From an uncultured archaeon (lineage in GTDB: Archaea; Asgardarchaeota; Thorarchaeia; Thorarchaeales; Thorarchaeaceae): DNA of 59,646 nucleotides. Location of the stretch: positions 1-59,646 of the forward strand of contig CAZLEV010000016.1 in assembly GCA_964558645.1 (NCBI GenBank), written 5' to 3'. The number at the start of each line of letters is the position of its first letter. The first letter of the stretch is position 1. The notes beneath the pieces are model-generated. The model did no database searches. It saw only the letters and a list, made by a program, of their open reading frames with translations, and was not told the origin of the DNA. Below, one piece after another: positions 1-10,164 of the stretch. A program made the position numbers and the translations under genes.

Positions 1-1560
1 CTGCGGTTACTGAAGAACAAGTACATCTCCTCGGATATCATCAAGGATGTGCGCTCCAGATGCGAGAGCACGAAGAACAATGGTTCAGGGTACTACTACG
101 CCCTGTCTGTCCTCAAGCAGCTCCGTCGAGCTCTCGATGAGCACATCCTGACCGAGCGAGGCGAGCCCCTTGGTTCCAGACCATCGCAGCGGCGCCGTGT
201 TCGACGGTGCGTCAAGGATGAAACGGAGTGCTCAGAGACCATGGCTTCCGTTCAGGCCCTCCTTCATCAGTTCACCACGGAGGGCTACCCCTTCAAGGTC
301 CCGCGGATGTACTCCCACACCGAGGACTTCTCAGCAAGCACAGAGAACTCTCCGGGTCAGGGGTACTGGTACTCGCAGGACTTGGCGAAGGAGAACGAGG
401 TGCTGTTCTTCCTGAAGCTTCCTGAGCCCATGGAGGGAGAGAGATATCAGGGCTCCCCCTTCCGAACGCAGGCCCTTGGATTCCGGTTTCTAGACTGGCT
501 CCCACGGGCGGCCACCAAGGACCGGATGAAGGCTGAAGAGGCCGAGCGCCAGGGAAAGCATCTGAGAGCCAAGAAGCTACGATTTCGGGCCATGAGGTTC
601 GAGGATCAACACGAACAGCTTGTCAATACTATCGAGCTTCAGCATGCCACCTACCAGTTGGTGAAGTGGAAGAACCGCAAGGATGTGGACCCTGAGAAGG
701 TTGCAGAACTGCAAGAGAGAGTGCAACGTCTTAGGAAGTCTCGAACCTGCGGACCCCCGCGGCTCCTTCTTCGCGACCAACGGGTCACCCTACAGATTCC
801 CTTCCATCCTCCAACCCGTGAGATGGTTGATGATGTGCTGGGGAAGCGTCGTTATAACAGGAGTGCCGGCGCGGACCGAGGAATTCGTGTGCCAATAGTG
901 CTCTCAGTACGGAATGGTAAGAACGAGTACACTGACAAAATGCTCTCCTTTCTTGGTCTTGTGAAAAAGAGAAACGCTCTTAGGGACCAGACAAGACATC
1001 TCTCATCGAGAATCGCCTTGATGCAGAACAATTGGGAGGGCAAACATGGCGAGGACCACCCGAAGCCCGGCCATCTGAGAAAGAAAGAACGCCATCTTAC
1101 AGCCATCTGGCAGAAGATTGGACGATTGGATCGGGAGATTACCCGACAGATTGCTTCAGCCACTGTCTGGTTCTGTGAGAGGCACGACGTCAAAACACTC
1201 TATCTCGAGAATCTGAAGAACTACAAACCGCCCGGGGGCTATGGCACACTCTCGTGGAGGCTCTCAAGCAATCTATGGTCCAAGGTGCTTGAAACCATCC
1301 GCTACATGAGGCAGACCCTGGGCCATCGTCGGGGCGGGATATGGACCGTGAGTCCTGCGTGGACATCACGCAAATGCCATGTGTGCGGAGAGAAGGGACT
1401 CAGAGTTAGAACACAAGACTCCCGAACAGAGTGTCGGGCCGGTGAGTTCTTCTATTGCCCTCATTGTGGGGAACAGATTCATGCCGATGTGAATGCGGCG
1501 AGGAATATCCTTGACAGTCACACAGAACAACCCAGTGCCGTTGCTGGGAGGACTATCTGA
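1..1560 (+). CDS. tnpB: Large TnpB/Cas12-like RNA-guided endonuclease (IS200/IS605-type), 5'-partial
   Basis: RuvC-I GADRG, RuvC-II YLENL, Zn ribbon CHVC...CPHC and RuvC-III ADVNAARNI are all present. The frame is open from base 1, so the protein is longer than the 503-aa ORF call. Confidence 0.85.
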   Translation: MRLLKNKYISSDIIKDVRSRCESTKNNGSGYYYALSVLKQLRRALDEHILTERGEPLGSRPSQRRRVRRCVKDETECSETMASVQALLHQFTTEGYPFKVPRMYSHTEDFSASTENSPGQGYWYSQDLAKENEVLFFLKLPEPMEGERYQGSPFRTQALGFRFLDWLPRAATKDRMKAEEAERQGKHLRAKKLRFRAMRFEDQHEQLVNTIELQHATYQLVKWKNRKDVDPEKVAELQERVQRLRKSRTCGPPRLLLRDQRVTLQIPFHPPTREMVDDVLGKRRYNRSAGADRGIRVPIVLSVRNGKNEYTDKMLSFLGLVKKRNALRDQTRHLSSRIALMQNNWEGKHGEDHPKPGHLRKKERHLTAIWQKIGRLDREITRQIASATVWFCERHDVKTLYLENLKNYKPPGGYGTLSWRLSSNLWSKVLETIRYMRQTLGHRRGGIWTVSPAWTSRKCHVCGEKGLRVRTQDSRTECRAGEFFYCPHCGEQIHADVNAARNILDSHTEQPSAVAGRTI

Positions 1561-1680
1561 GGTCCAACTAACAATCAGCGGCCCGTTGCATAGCTGGAAA
1601 GAGGCCGTGGCTGAAAGGAAATACATGTAGCCAAGCCTCCACTAATCAGCGTTTCATCTTTCGGCCCTGATAGGACACAG
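1530..1680 (+). ncRNA. Candidate omega-RNA / right end of the TnpB element
   Basis: Nested stem GAGGC-cg-TGGCT...AGCCA-a-GCCTC (about 1601-1639) lies just downstream of tnpB. AATCAGCG occurs twice. TTCAT at about 1653-1657 resembles an IS605-type end. Boundaries are inferred. Confidence 0.4.
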
Positions 1681-1954
1681 ACCTTCTTCTTTACTTCGGA
1701 GCAGACACCATAGTTCCAGTTTCTGGAATGAGTCCAATGCAAAAAACAGTTTCCACTTCTAATCCGTGACCAATGATCAGAATCCTTTCTTCACATAGCA
1801 CTCTATTATATCGATTCCAGACTGACCAGAAGACGGCTCTGATAGCAGTCCATATGAAGAACCTGACAATCAAGATGATAGCCATGCTGAAGCAGATCGA
1901 TTAGTCACAACCTTTTTATCGAATTCCGAGTGACATCGATTTCGAATCACCAAC

Positions 1955-2062
1955 GGGCCCGTAGCATAGCCTGGTCATTGCGCCGCTCTGATAAGGCGGA
2001 GGCCCGGAGTTCAATCCGCAGAGGACTCCCCTCTGCTGGAACTAATCTCCGCGGGCCCACCA
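1955..2062 (+). tRNA. tRNA-Ile(GAT) with a 30-nt intron at position 58/59 (2015-2044); CCA encoded
   Basis: Acceptor GGGCCCG/CGGGCCC-ACCA. Anticodon arm CCGCT-CTGATAA-GGCGG. Central helix GTTC/GAAC with bulges AA|T and TA|A; splicing restores T-loop TTCAAAT. Confidence 0.92.
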
Positions 2063-2112
2063 TCTCCCCTTCCGACTCCTCTGCGTGAAAGCTGTATACT
2101 AACATACATCAT

Positions 2113-2523
2113 GTGTGTCTGAATCAGGCGACGAGTGTGAATCCTCATAGAAAAGAAACGTTTGATTCCATTGCTCGAAGATTGGAATCCCAGTTGGACA
2201 AGACAAAGGGAAATTCGGTTGCGAAAGGAAGAGTAAACCATCTTGGGGAGGATTACATAGATTGCATCAGACAGGCACGGACTGCTATCGTATTCTTTCA
2301 TCAAAGTCAGTGCCCTCATTGCCGAAGAATGATGCCCATACTTGAGGATCTTGCTGAGGAGTTCAACCGAAGGGTCTACTTCGCAATGGTCGACATCGAG
2401 AAGACGAAGGGGGTCAGAGATGCAATGAACATCACTGCTGTACCGTTACTAGTTGCCTTCAAGAAGAGGCACCGAGTGGCGCATATAGAGGGCTTTCGAC
2501 CTAGAGATGAGTTAGATGGATAG
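2113..2523 (+). CDS. Thioredoxin-family protein (CPHC), probably frameshifted near the C-terminus
   Basis: QCPHCRRMMP active site and cis-Pro motif AVP. The last helix appears to continue in another frame to 2588. Confidence 0.8.
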   Translation: MCLNQATSVNPHRKETFDSIARRLESQLDKTKGNSVAKGRVNHLGEDYIDCIRQARTAIVFFHQSQCPHCRRMMPILEDLAEEFNRRVYFAMVDIEKTKGVRDAMNITAVPLLVAFKKRHRVAHIEGFRPRDELDG

Positions 2524-2605
2524 ACCGCATTGCCTGGGGCTTGTTGCCGATGGGCCTGAAGAGCGGTCCAATGTCCAGACTTGAATGACTTGGACATGGG
2601 TGCTG

Positions 2606-4525
2606 CTACAGGTTCAGTTTGAAGACGTATTCCTCGTCTGCCATGCTCATCCGACTCTCGATAATCTTACCGGTTTTGTGGAGAAAGCGAATCATGGGTT
2701 GATTGCGCGGGTGAACATAGGCTATGAAAGCCTCTACACCCTTACTCTTAGCAATACGCATGAGCTGGTTCAGGAGAAAGGTTCCTATGCCTCTACCCTG
2801 GTACTCATCCTGAACTAGCAGGGCAAATTCGGCCTCGTTCGTGCTGCGATTCAGCAGATACCTTCCTGCCCCTATAATACGCTCAGCCTCTTCGTCCTCG
2901 TCAGGTTTGACAACTGCAACAATAGATATGTCGCGGTCTTGATCAACGTTGTAGAACTCCTGCAAAGTCTGTCGACGCAGGCTTCTGAGGGGGGTCAAGA
3001 ATCTGAAGAAGATGCTCTCCTCGGATAGATCATAGAACAGTTCCTTAATACGATCGGTGTCATCGGGACGGATGAGTCGGAAATGGACTGTGACAGGTCC
3101 ATCCGGACCCTTGAACGTTTCTTGTGTTTCGTATTCCGATGCAAAGTATGTTCCTTGGGAAAGAAATGGTACTTGATCCTCGTGGACGTACTTCATGGTC
3201 TTTGCAGCTTCGAGAAGCTCGTTTCGGAACTTGGGATGGGCAATGGCAATCAACGAGAGGACTCGTTCTCTTATGGTCTTTCCATGCAATGATGCAAGCC
3301 CATATTCTGTGATTATGATGTCAACGTCACCGCGAGTTGTTACAACACCGGCACCCTCACTGAGCCGAGGTACTATTCGAGATATTTTCCCGTTCATGGC
3401 GGTCGATTGCATGCATATGATCGCCTTACCATCAGGAGAACGTGAAGCACCCCTGATGAAATCGACCTGACCACCAATGCCGCTGTAGAACTTATGGCCG
3501 ATTGAGTCTGCACATACTTGACCGGTGAGGTCAACTTCGAGTGCGGAGTTGATTGCCACCATTTTGTTGTTTTCACCGATGATGTATGGGTCATTGACGT
3601 ACTCAGAGGGTCTAAACTCGAACAGAGGGTTCTCGTGAACATACTCGTATAGCTTCTGAGAACCCATAGCGAAACTTGCAATGACTTTGCCTCTATGAAG
3701 GGTCTTCTTTTTGCATGTTATCACGCCCTGTTCGATAAGAGGAATAAGACTGTCACTGAACATCTCCGTATGTATCCCTAAGTCGCTCACACCCGACTCC
3801 ATGAGGTTATTACAGACTGCCTGTGGTAGTGCTCCGATACCGAGCTCAAGCGTCGATTCATTCTCTATTAGTCTTGCAACATACGAACCAATCAAGTCAA
3901 TTGTTTCATCAACTTCGACTGACTCAAACTGCCGTAATGGCTCTGTGAATGGAACTAGATAGTCTATATCGCGCACATTGAGAAACGAATCCCCAAGGGT
4001 GATGGGCATACGTTCATTTACTTGAGCGATGATGATGTCTGCACTCTCTGCACCAGATTTCGTGATGTCCACAGATATGCCAAGAGAGCAGTAACCATGT
4101 TCATCTGGGGGACTTACCTGAATCATGGCAACGTCAATGGGCATCTTACGTGATCGAAAGAGACGTGGAATGTCAGAGAGCATGATTGGTGTGTAGTCAG
4201 CTCTTCCCTCTGTAACAGCTTCACGCATGTTCTCGCTAATGAAGAACGAATTGTGTCGAAATTGGGCCTGGAACTTTGGATCGGCAGAAGGCGTGTCACC
4301 AAGTGTGAGTAGATGCACGATTTCATTATCTGCCATTTGGTCAGCATGGTTGGCAAGCTCTTGAACCAGATGATAAGGAACGCCACACCCTGTACCGAGG
4401 AAGATTCTCGTTCCGCGCCTAATCTTCTTGATCGCCTTCGGAGCAGTTAGCACTTTGTTCTTGTATTTTTCAGTCCAGTCCTGCTTCGTCATTAGAAACA
4501 CCCTAGTGTGCCATGACTCGTCCAA
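2606..4525 (-). CDS. Acetyl-CoA hydrolase / 4-hydroxybutyrate CoA-transferase family protein fused to a C-terminal GNAT acetyltransferase
   Basis: LELGIGALP, LGIHTEMFSD (catalytic Glu) and SGIGGQVDF motifs. C-terminal AEFALLVQDEYQGRGIG is GNAT motif A. Confidence 0.9.
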   Translation of the reverse strand: MDESWHTRVFLMTKQDWTEKYKNKVLTAPKAIKKIRRGTRIFLGTGCGVPYHLVQELANHADQMADNEIVHLLTLGDTPSADPKFQAQFRHNSFFISENMREAVTEGRADYTPIMLSDIPRLFRSRKMPIDVAMIQVSPPDEHGYCSLGISVDITKSGAESADIIIAQVNERMPITLGDSFLNVRDIDYLVPFTEPLRQFESVEVDETIDLIGSYVARLIENESTLELGIGALPQAVCNNLMESGVSDLGIHTEMFSDSLIPLIEQGVITCKKKTLHRGKVIASFAMGSQKLYEYVHENPLFEFRPSEYVNDPYIIGENNKMVAINSALEVDLTGQVCADSIGHKFYSGIGGQVDFIRGASRSPDGKAIICMQSTAMNGKISRIVPRLSEGAGVVTTRGDVDIIITEYGLASLHGKTIRERVLSLIAIAHPKFRNELLEAAKTMKYVHEDQVPFLSQGTYFASEYETQETFKGPDGPVTVHFRLIRPDDTDRIKELFYDLSEESIFFRFLTPLRSLRRQTLQEFYNVDQDRDISIVAVVKPDEDEEAERIIGAGRYLLNRSTNEAEFALLVQDEYQGRGIGTFLLNQLMRIAKSKGVEAFIAYVHPRNQPMIRFLHKTGKIIESRMSMADEEYVFKLNL

Positions 4526-4657
4526 CGCCTAGCCCATATAGAGCTTTGCAAGTGGTTCGAAAGAACGGAGAGTGCCATTTCCGTCAAGACGGTCGGAAGG
4601 CTTTTAGTACCGTTTCTCTGGCCGAGAGTAGACATTCGCCATTCGAAAGGTGAACAC

Positions 4658-5941
4658 ATGATGTCCGAGAATGTTGGAAATCGCTACTTGGTAATGTTTG
4701 GTGCAATCATTGTCCAACTATGCCTTGGTACCATATACGCCTGGTCTGAGTTTCAGAATGCTCTCAAGCTTGCAATGTCACAAGGAGGGCTCTATGGGTG
4801 GCTGGTCTTGAATACCCAGTGGCCCTTTGCGGCAGGTCTGGCATCCTTTGCAGTGTTTATGGTATTTGCAGGCCGTTGGCAAGACAAGATAGGTCCTCGT
4901 AAGGTTGCCACCGTTGGAGGCGTCCTCCTGGGCCTAGGCTATATGCTAGCTTCGCTTGTTGACATGTTGGCTCTCGATGAGATGATGGGAACTCTGTATC
5001 TGGTACTTACCTACGGTGTGATTGGTGGTGCAGGCATTGGTTTTGCCTATGTATGCCCAATTGCAGCTCTTGTAAAATGGTTCCCCGATAAGAAGGGGAG
5101 CGTGTCTGGAATTGCGGTTGCAGGATTTGGTGGAGGTGCACTGATTTTCCTCTATGTGGAGCAATACCTTATTGAGTCCGCGGGAGGACTAATAGGTCCG
5201 CCATTCTTCGTCCTAGGCATAATCTACCTAGTTGGGGTCATTGCTGGTGCACAAGTACTCACAATACCTCCTCAAGGATGGGCCCCTGAAGGGTGGACTC
5301 CACCAGAAACCACAGCTGACGGTTCGGGCAAGGGTATGATGCCTAGCGAAATGATTAGAACCGGGACATTCTGGTTGCTCTGGCTCGCGTTCATATTCGC
5401 TGCAACAGCAGGCCTCATGACACTTGGCAACGTGAAGAGTGCTGCTGCAGAGGTGGACCCATTAGTTGAACTGCTAGGGCTGGGAGCTGCAATTGGAGGA
5501 ATTATGTCCATTTTCAATGCGGCTGGAAGAATAGTATGGGGTGCTACATCAGACAAGCTTGGCCGTGTTAGGACCATGATGCTTATGTTCCTCATACTTG
5601 CAGTTTCGATGTTCAGCTTCGCATATGTCGTCACGCTTCCGGAAGCGGAAGGTATGTGGATGACAGTCACGGTGATTGCATCGATTGTCGGTTTCTGCTT
5701 TGGTGGCAACTTTGCATTGTTCCCATCGGCAACAGCTGACTATTTCGGCTCTGCGAATGTGGGCAAGAACTATGGTGTCGTCTTCACGGCTTATGGAATT
5801 GCTGGAGTGCTAGGTGCTCTTGTCGCCGGGTCTTTTGTAGATCTCACTCAGAGCTATTTCCTAGCGTTCATTGTAACGGGGATTCTTGCTATCCTTGCCA
5901 TTTTGCTCACAATCATCATGAAAGTCAAGGGTACTAATTGA
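4658..5941 (+). CDS. MFS transporter, oxalate:formate antiporter (OFA) family
   Basis: About 12 hydrophobic segments. GRWQDKIGPR, KWFPDKKG, GRIVWGATSDKLGR and ADYFG motifs. Confidence 0.9.
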   Translation: MMSENVGNRYLVMFGAIIVQLCLGTIYAWSEFQNALKLAMSQGGLYGWLVLNTQWPFAAGLASFAVFMVFAGRWQDKIGPRKVATVGGVLLGLGYMLASLVDMLALDEMMGTLYLVLTYGVIGGAGIGFAYVCPIAALVKWFPDKKGSVSGIAVAGFGGGALIFLYVEQYLIESAGGLIGPPFFVLGIIYLVGVIAGAQVLTIPPQGWAPEGWTPPETTADGSGKGMMPSEMIRTGTFWLLWLAFIFAATAGLMTLGNVKSAAAEVDPLVELLGLGAAIGGIMSIFNAAGRIVWGATSDKLGRVRTMMLMFLILAVSMFSFAYVVTLPEAEGMWMTVTVIASIVGFCFGGNFALFPSATADYFGSANVGKNYGVVFTAYGIAGVLGALVAGSFVDLTQSYFLAFIVTGILAILAILLTIIMKVKGTN

Positions 5942-5948
5942 TCTGAAC

Positions 5949-5992
5949 ACAGGTCCGGGTCTGAGCCCCGCGACCTGTCCACTTCCTTTTTT
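5949..5992 (+). terminator. Hairpin plus T-tract after the MFS gene
   Basis: ACAGGTC-CGGG...CCCG-c-GACCTGT followed by ccTTTTTT. Confidence 0.55.
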
Positions 5993-6137
5993 CTGGTGGT
6001 GGCATCCCTACTTTTGTGGGTACAGACAGAATATGTCCGCTATCGAGATATGCTGCCCACCTCTTGGATAATCTTTATAATCTGTGGTTTAACGACGGGC
6101 TCAAAGTATCGATAAAGATGGTTCTGGGTGACCACCA

Positions 6138-8129
6138 TTGAGTAACGAAAAGAAAATCACAGTAACAAGCCAAGAAGAGAGACGGTTCTCTCCTCCCAAG
6201 AGCTTCGTTGACAAGGCTTACATAAAGAGCCATGAAGAAAGGATGAAGCTGTGGAAGGAATCTATAGAGAATCCCGACAATTTCTGGCTGAAAATTGCAA
6301 AAGACTTGTGCTATTGGAAGAAGGAACCTACTAAGGGGTTCAACTGGAAGGATCCCGAGAAGGCTCGATTCACCTGGTTCGAGGATGGAGTAACTAATCT
6401 CGCCTACAATTGCCTTGACAAGCATGTAGAAACGGGAAAAGGGGATCAGGTGGCCCTCATTTGGCAGGGTGAACCTCTCGATGATTCAAAGACATATACT
6501 TACAAAGAGCTGCTTAGCGAGGTCAACAAGGCTGCTAATGTCTTGAAGAACCTGGGCGTGAAGAAGGGTGACAGAGTAACAATATACCTGCCCATGATTC
6601 CTGAGCTGGCCATCATCATGCTTGCATGTGTACGAATTGGTGCAGTTCATAGCATTGTCTTTGGTGGTTTCAGCTCTGATTCACTGAAAGACCGAATCCT
6701 CGACTGCGAGGGCAAGGTGCTTGTCACAGCTGATGGATACTACCGTAGTGGTAAGATAATCAATCAGAAAGAGAATGCAGATAGAGCAGTAGAAGAAGCC
6801 CCAATAGTGGAAAAGGTCCTTGTGGTTAACAGGGTTGACCGCAAAGATACGCCATGGACTGAGGGACGTGATGTCTGGTATCATGATGAATACGAGAAGG
6901 TCGATGACAAGTGTGATGCAGAATGGCTGAATGCCGAAGATCCTCTATTCATTCTATACACTTCCGGATCCACTGGTAAACCAAAAGGCGTCCTTCACAC
7001 ACTTGGCGGCTATATGGTTTATACAACTCATACATTTCTGAACATCTTCGACTGGCACGAAGGCGACATCTATTGGTGTACTGCCGATATCGGCTGGATT
7101 ACAGGACACTCATATATCGTCTATGGCCCACTGAGTGCAGGTTCGACCTCCATGATGTATGAGGGTGCCATTTGGCCTGAGCCTGATAGATTCTGGCACG
7201 AAGTGGAGCGATGGGAAGTCAATCAGTTCTACACAGCCCCAACAGCTATTCGTGCGCTCATGCGTTATGGTGACGAACCGGTCGAGAAACATGACCTCTC
7301 AACGCTGAATCTCCTAGGTACCGTTGGCGAGCCAATCAATCCTGAAGCATGGCTCTGGTATTACAAGGTGGTTGGGAAGGAGAAGTGTCCAATAGTTGAC
7401 ACATACTGGCAGACCGAAACTGGTGGTGTGATTATCACACCATTGCCTGGGGCTGACGACCTCATACCAGGTAGTGCCACATTCCCATACTTCGGCATTG
7501 ATCCAATAATCGTTGATGAAACGGGTAAGCCTGTGGGCGCGAACGAAGGAGGCTATCTGTGTATCAAGAAACCCTGGCCGGGTCTCATGCGAACTGTATA
7601 TGGTGACCATCAGCGATTCATTGACACATACTGGTCACAGTACAAGGATCCCGAAACAGGACAGCCTATGTACATGACCGGTGATGGCTCACGCTTCAAT
7701 GAAGATGGGTACTACTTTGTGATGGGGCGCATCGATGATGTGCTCAAGGTGTCAGGTCACAGACTTGGAACTGCAGAGATTGAATCCGCGCTTGTCTCGC
7801 ACCCAGCCGTTGCAGAAACAGCAGTTGTTGGATTCCCCCACGAGATTAAGGGTGAAGACATATACGCATACATCACCCTGAAGGCGGGTGTTGACAAGAG
7901 CGAGGACCTGAAGAAAGAACTCAAACAGCACGTGCGAAAGGAAATTGGCCCCATTGCAACTCCTGCGAAGATTCAGTTTGCCGACGCACTGCCAAAGACT
8001 CGTTCCGGGAAAATCATGCGCAGGATTCTGAAGAAGATTGCCGCAGGCGAAATCGATGACCTTGGTGATACTACAACATTGGCCGATCCAACAGTTGTAG
8101 AAACACTAGTCAACGGAAGGATAGAGTAA
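6138..8129 (+). CDS. acs: Acetyl-CoA synthetase (AMP-forming)
   Basis: [33 protein letters not shown] and [11 protein letters not shown] motifs. Confidence 0.97.
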   Translation: MSNEKKITVTSQEERRFSPPKSFVDKAYIKSHEERMKLWKESIENPDNFWLKIAKDLCYWKKEPTKGFNWKDPEKARFTWFEDGVTNLAYNCLDKHVETGKGDQVALIWQGEPLDDSKTYTYKELLSEVNKAANVLKNLGVKKGDRVTIYLPMIPELAIIMLACVRIGAVHSIVFGGFSSDSLKDRILDCEGKVLVTADGYYRSGKIINQKENADRAVEEAPIVEKVLVVNRVDRKDTPWTEGRDVWYHDEYEKVDDKCDAEWLNAEDPLFILYTSGSTGKPKGVLHTLGGYMVYTTHTFLNIFDWHEGDIYWCTADIGWITGHSYIVYGPLSAGSTSMMYEGAIWPEPDRFWHEVERWEVNQFYTAPTAIRALMRYGDEPVEKHDLSTLNLLGTVGEPINPEAWLWYYKVVGKEKCPIVDTYWQTETGGVIITPLPGADDLIPGSATFPYFGIDPIIVDETGKPVGANEGGYLCIKKPWPGLMRTVYGDHQRFIDTYWSQYKDPETGQPMYMTGDGSRFNEDGYYFVMGRIDDVLKVSGHRLGTAEIESALVSHPAVAETAVVGFPHEIKGEDIYAYITLKAGVDKSEDLKKELKQHVRKEIGPIATPAKIQFADALPKTRSGKIMRRILKKIAAGEIDDLGDTTTLADPTVVETLVNGRIE

Positions 8130-8136
8130 TCCTATT

Positions 8137-8180
8137 CGAGAGGGTCTTTCCGGATCCTCTCGTTCTTCTCTTTTTCTCTC
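8137..8180 (+). terminator. Hairpin plus pyrimidine tract after acs
   Basis: 10-bp stem CGAGAGGGTC/GATCCTCTCG followed by TTCTTCTCTTTTT. Confidence 0.6.
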
Positions 8181-8427
8181 TCGCGGATAGATTACAGGCT
8201 CTGGTCAATCTTCACCACAGAATACTCAACTCATGTGGTTCAATTAGGCAGGGACTCCTTTTCCGGCTCTTGTAGTGTCATCGGAAGTGTAAAAGCCAGA
8301 GCATAAAGGACAGCGACGATCGTTCCAAGAAGACGAGCCGACCGCAATTTGGTTCGAAACCAGTACTTGGACCAAGAGAAATAGCGAATGACTTATACGA
8401 CTCCGCCACAGGTTCACGCCAAGGATT

Positions 8428-10164
8428 GTGCTTCTTGTCCCGTTAGACGAAATCAGCGAGGCAGATTATGTGAGTTCAAGTGTAAGCAAAACCAAGCTTG
8501 TGTTTGTGACTGGAGGTGTCCTATCTGGCATTGGTAAGGGGGTCACCACGGCCTCCATTGCGAAACTATTCCAGTTCAGAGGTTATTCTGTAAGAATTGT
8601 GAAGATTGACCCCTACCTCAATATTGATCCCGGAACTCTCAATCCTATAGAGCATGGGGAGGTCTTTGTTACTGATCAGACATGGACATTTAGGCCAGTT
8701 GATGATTTTCAGTTCAATATCTCAGAAATAGATCTGGATTTCGGAACGTATGAACGATTTACAGGGATGAATGCACATCCCTCTCAGAACATCACCTCAG
8801 GACAGATTTATACCTCAGTGATTCTTGGAGAGAGAAAGGGAGACTTTCTGGGGAGAACGGTCCAGATAATACCGCATGTGACTGATCAAATCAAGAAACG
8901 AATATGGGAAACCATAGCGAAAGATGCAGTGCCAGACGTGCTACTTGTCGAGATTGGAGGGACGGTGGGGGATATGGAAGCTATGCCATTCTTGGAAGCG
9001 GTGCGTCAGCTGATCAGGGAAATCGGACGCGAAAGAGTTGCACTAGTCCATGTTACGCTTGTACCGTTTCTGAGTTCTGTGGGCGAATTCAAAACAAAAC
9101 CGACCCAACACAGTGTTCGAGAGCTTCAAAGCTTGGGACTTCAGCCAGATGTCGTTATTTGTAGGGCAGAGAAAGAGTTACCAGAGGCTGCAGAAGCAAA
9201 GATAGCATTGTTCTGTAATGTTCCGGAGGAGTGTGTCATCTCAAATCCAGACATCCAAGTAATCTATCAATTGCCACTGTCTTTTGAGAAACAGGACTTG
9301 GGAAACATTCTGGTAAGACATCTGGGATTGGAAACGAGGACACCACAGACGGAAGAGTGGAAGAGAATCGTTGATTCATTTCAGAAGATGTCAGAAGATG
9401 TCACAATTGCTATGCCAGGCAAATATACAATGCTTGGTGATTCTTACAAGAGCATTAATGAGGCCTTGGCTCATGCCGGTGCAGTATGTGGATGTAGAGT
9501 CAACATCAAATGGATTGAAACTGAAGCTAGATGCGACGAGGAGTGCCTCACTGAAGACCTAAGGGATGTCGACGGGGTGTTACTTACCCCTGGATTTGGA
9601 GATCGAGGTGTAGAGGGAATGATAAGCGCAGCGGCGGTGGCCATAAAAAGAAAGATTCCATTCCTTGGAATATGTTATGGTGCACAATTGGGAGCGGTAG
9701 CATTTGCGAGGAATATCATGGGGTGGAAAGGTGCAAATACAACCGAAGTCGATGAAGACAGTCTCTATCCTGTTGTTGACTTGATGGACGAGCAAAAAGT
9801 CACCGAAGATAAAGGCGGGACAATGCGTCTTGGGGGCCACGAAGTCCGAATTGTGAAGGGAACCCACCTAAGCAAATTATATGATGAAACTGTCGTGAGA
9901 GAAAGATTCAGGCATAGATACCATCTGATTGAACGTTATATCAGCAAAATGGAGATAAAATCCATGGTCATATCAGCTTTTGATATGACCGGGACGATAA
10001 TCAATGCAATTGAAATCGAGGACCATCCCTTCTGGATTGGAGTGCAGTTTCATCCAGAGTTCAAGTCGAGGCCCGATGAAGCGCATCCCCTATACTTGGG
10101 GCTAATTAGGGCTGCAGTGCAATACAAGACAAGAAGAGGGAATCCACTTGAATCGGGACCTTGA
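8428..10164 (+). CDS. pyrG: CTP synthase
   Basis: [39 protein letters not shown] and QFHPE motifs. The true start is possibly GTG at 8470. Confidence 0.97.
   Translation: MLLVPLDEISEADYVSSSVSKTKLVFVTGGVLSGIGKGVTTASIAKLFQFRGYSVRIVKIDPYLNIDPGTLNPIEHGEVFVTDQTWTFRPVDDFQFNISEIDLDFGTYERFTGMNAHPSQNITSGQIYTSVILGERKGDFLGRTVQIIPHVTDQIKKRIWETIAKDAVPDVLLVEIGGTVGDMEAMPFLEAVRQLIREIGRERVALVHVTLVPFLSSVGEFKTKPTQHSVRELQSLGLQPDVVICRAEKELPEAAEAKIALFCNVPEECVISNPDIQVIYQLPLSFEKQDLGNILVRHLGLETRTPQTEEWKRIVDSFQKMSEDVTIAMPGKYTMLGDSYKSINEALAHAGAVCGCRVNIKWIETEARCDEECLTEDLRDVDGVLLTPGFGDRGVEGMISAAAVAIKRKIPFLGICYGAQLGAVAFARNIMGWKGANTTEVDEDSLYPVVDLMDEQKVTEDKGGTMRLGGHEVRIVKGTHLSKLYDETVVRERFRHRYHLIERYISKMEIKSMVISAFDMTGTIINAIEIEDHPFWIGVQFHPEFKSRPDEAHPLYLGLIRAAVQYKTRRGNPLESGP

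Noticed and set aside
1691-1885. 64-aa hydrophobic minus-strand ORF
   Set aside because: Too short and motif-free to support, although a small membrane protein cannot be excluded.
2571-2598. SECIS-like hairpin after thioredoxin
   Set aside because: The thioredoxin has CPHC with no in-frame TGA. The hairpin lies between convergent genes and more likely acts in termination.
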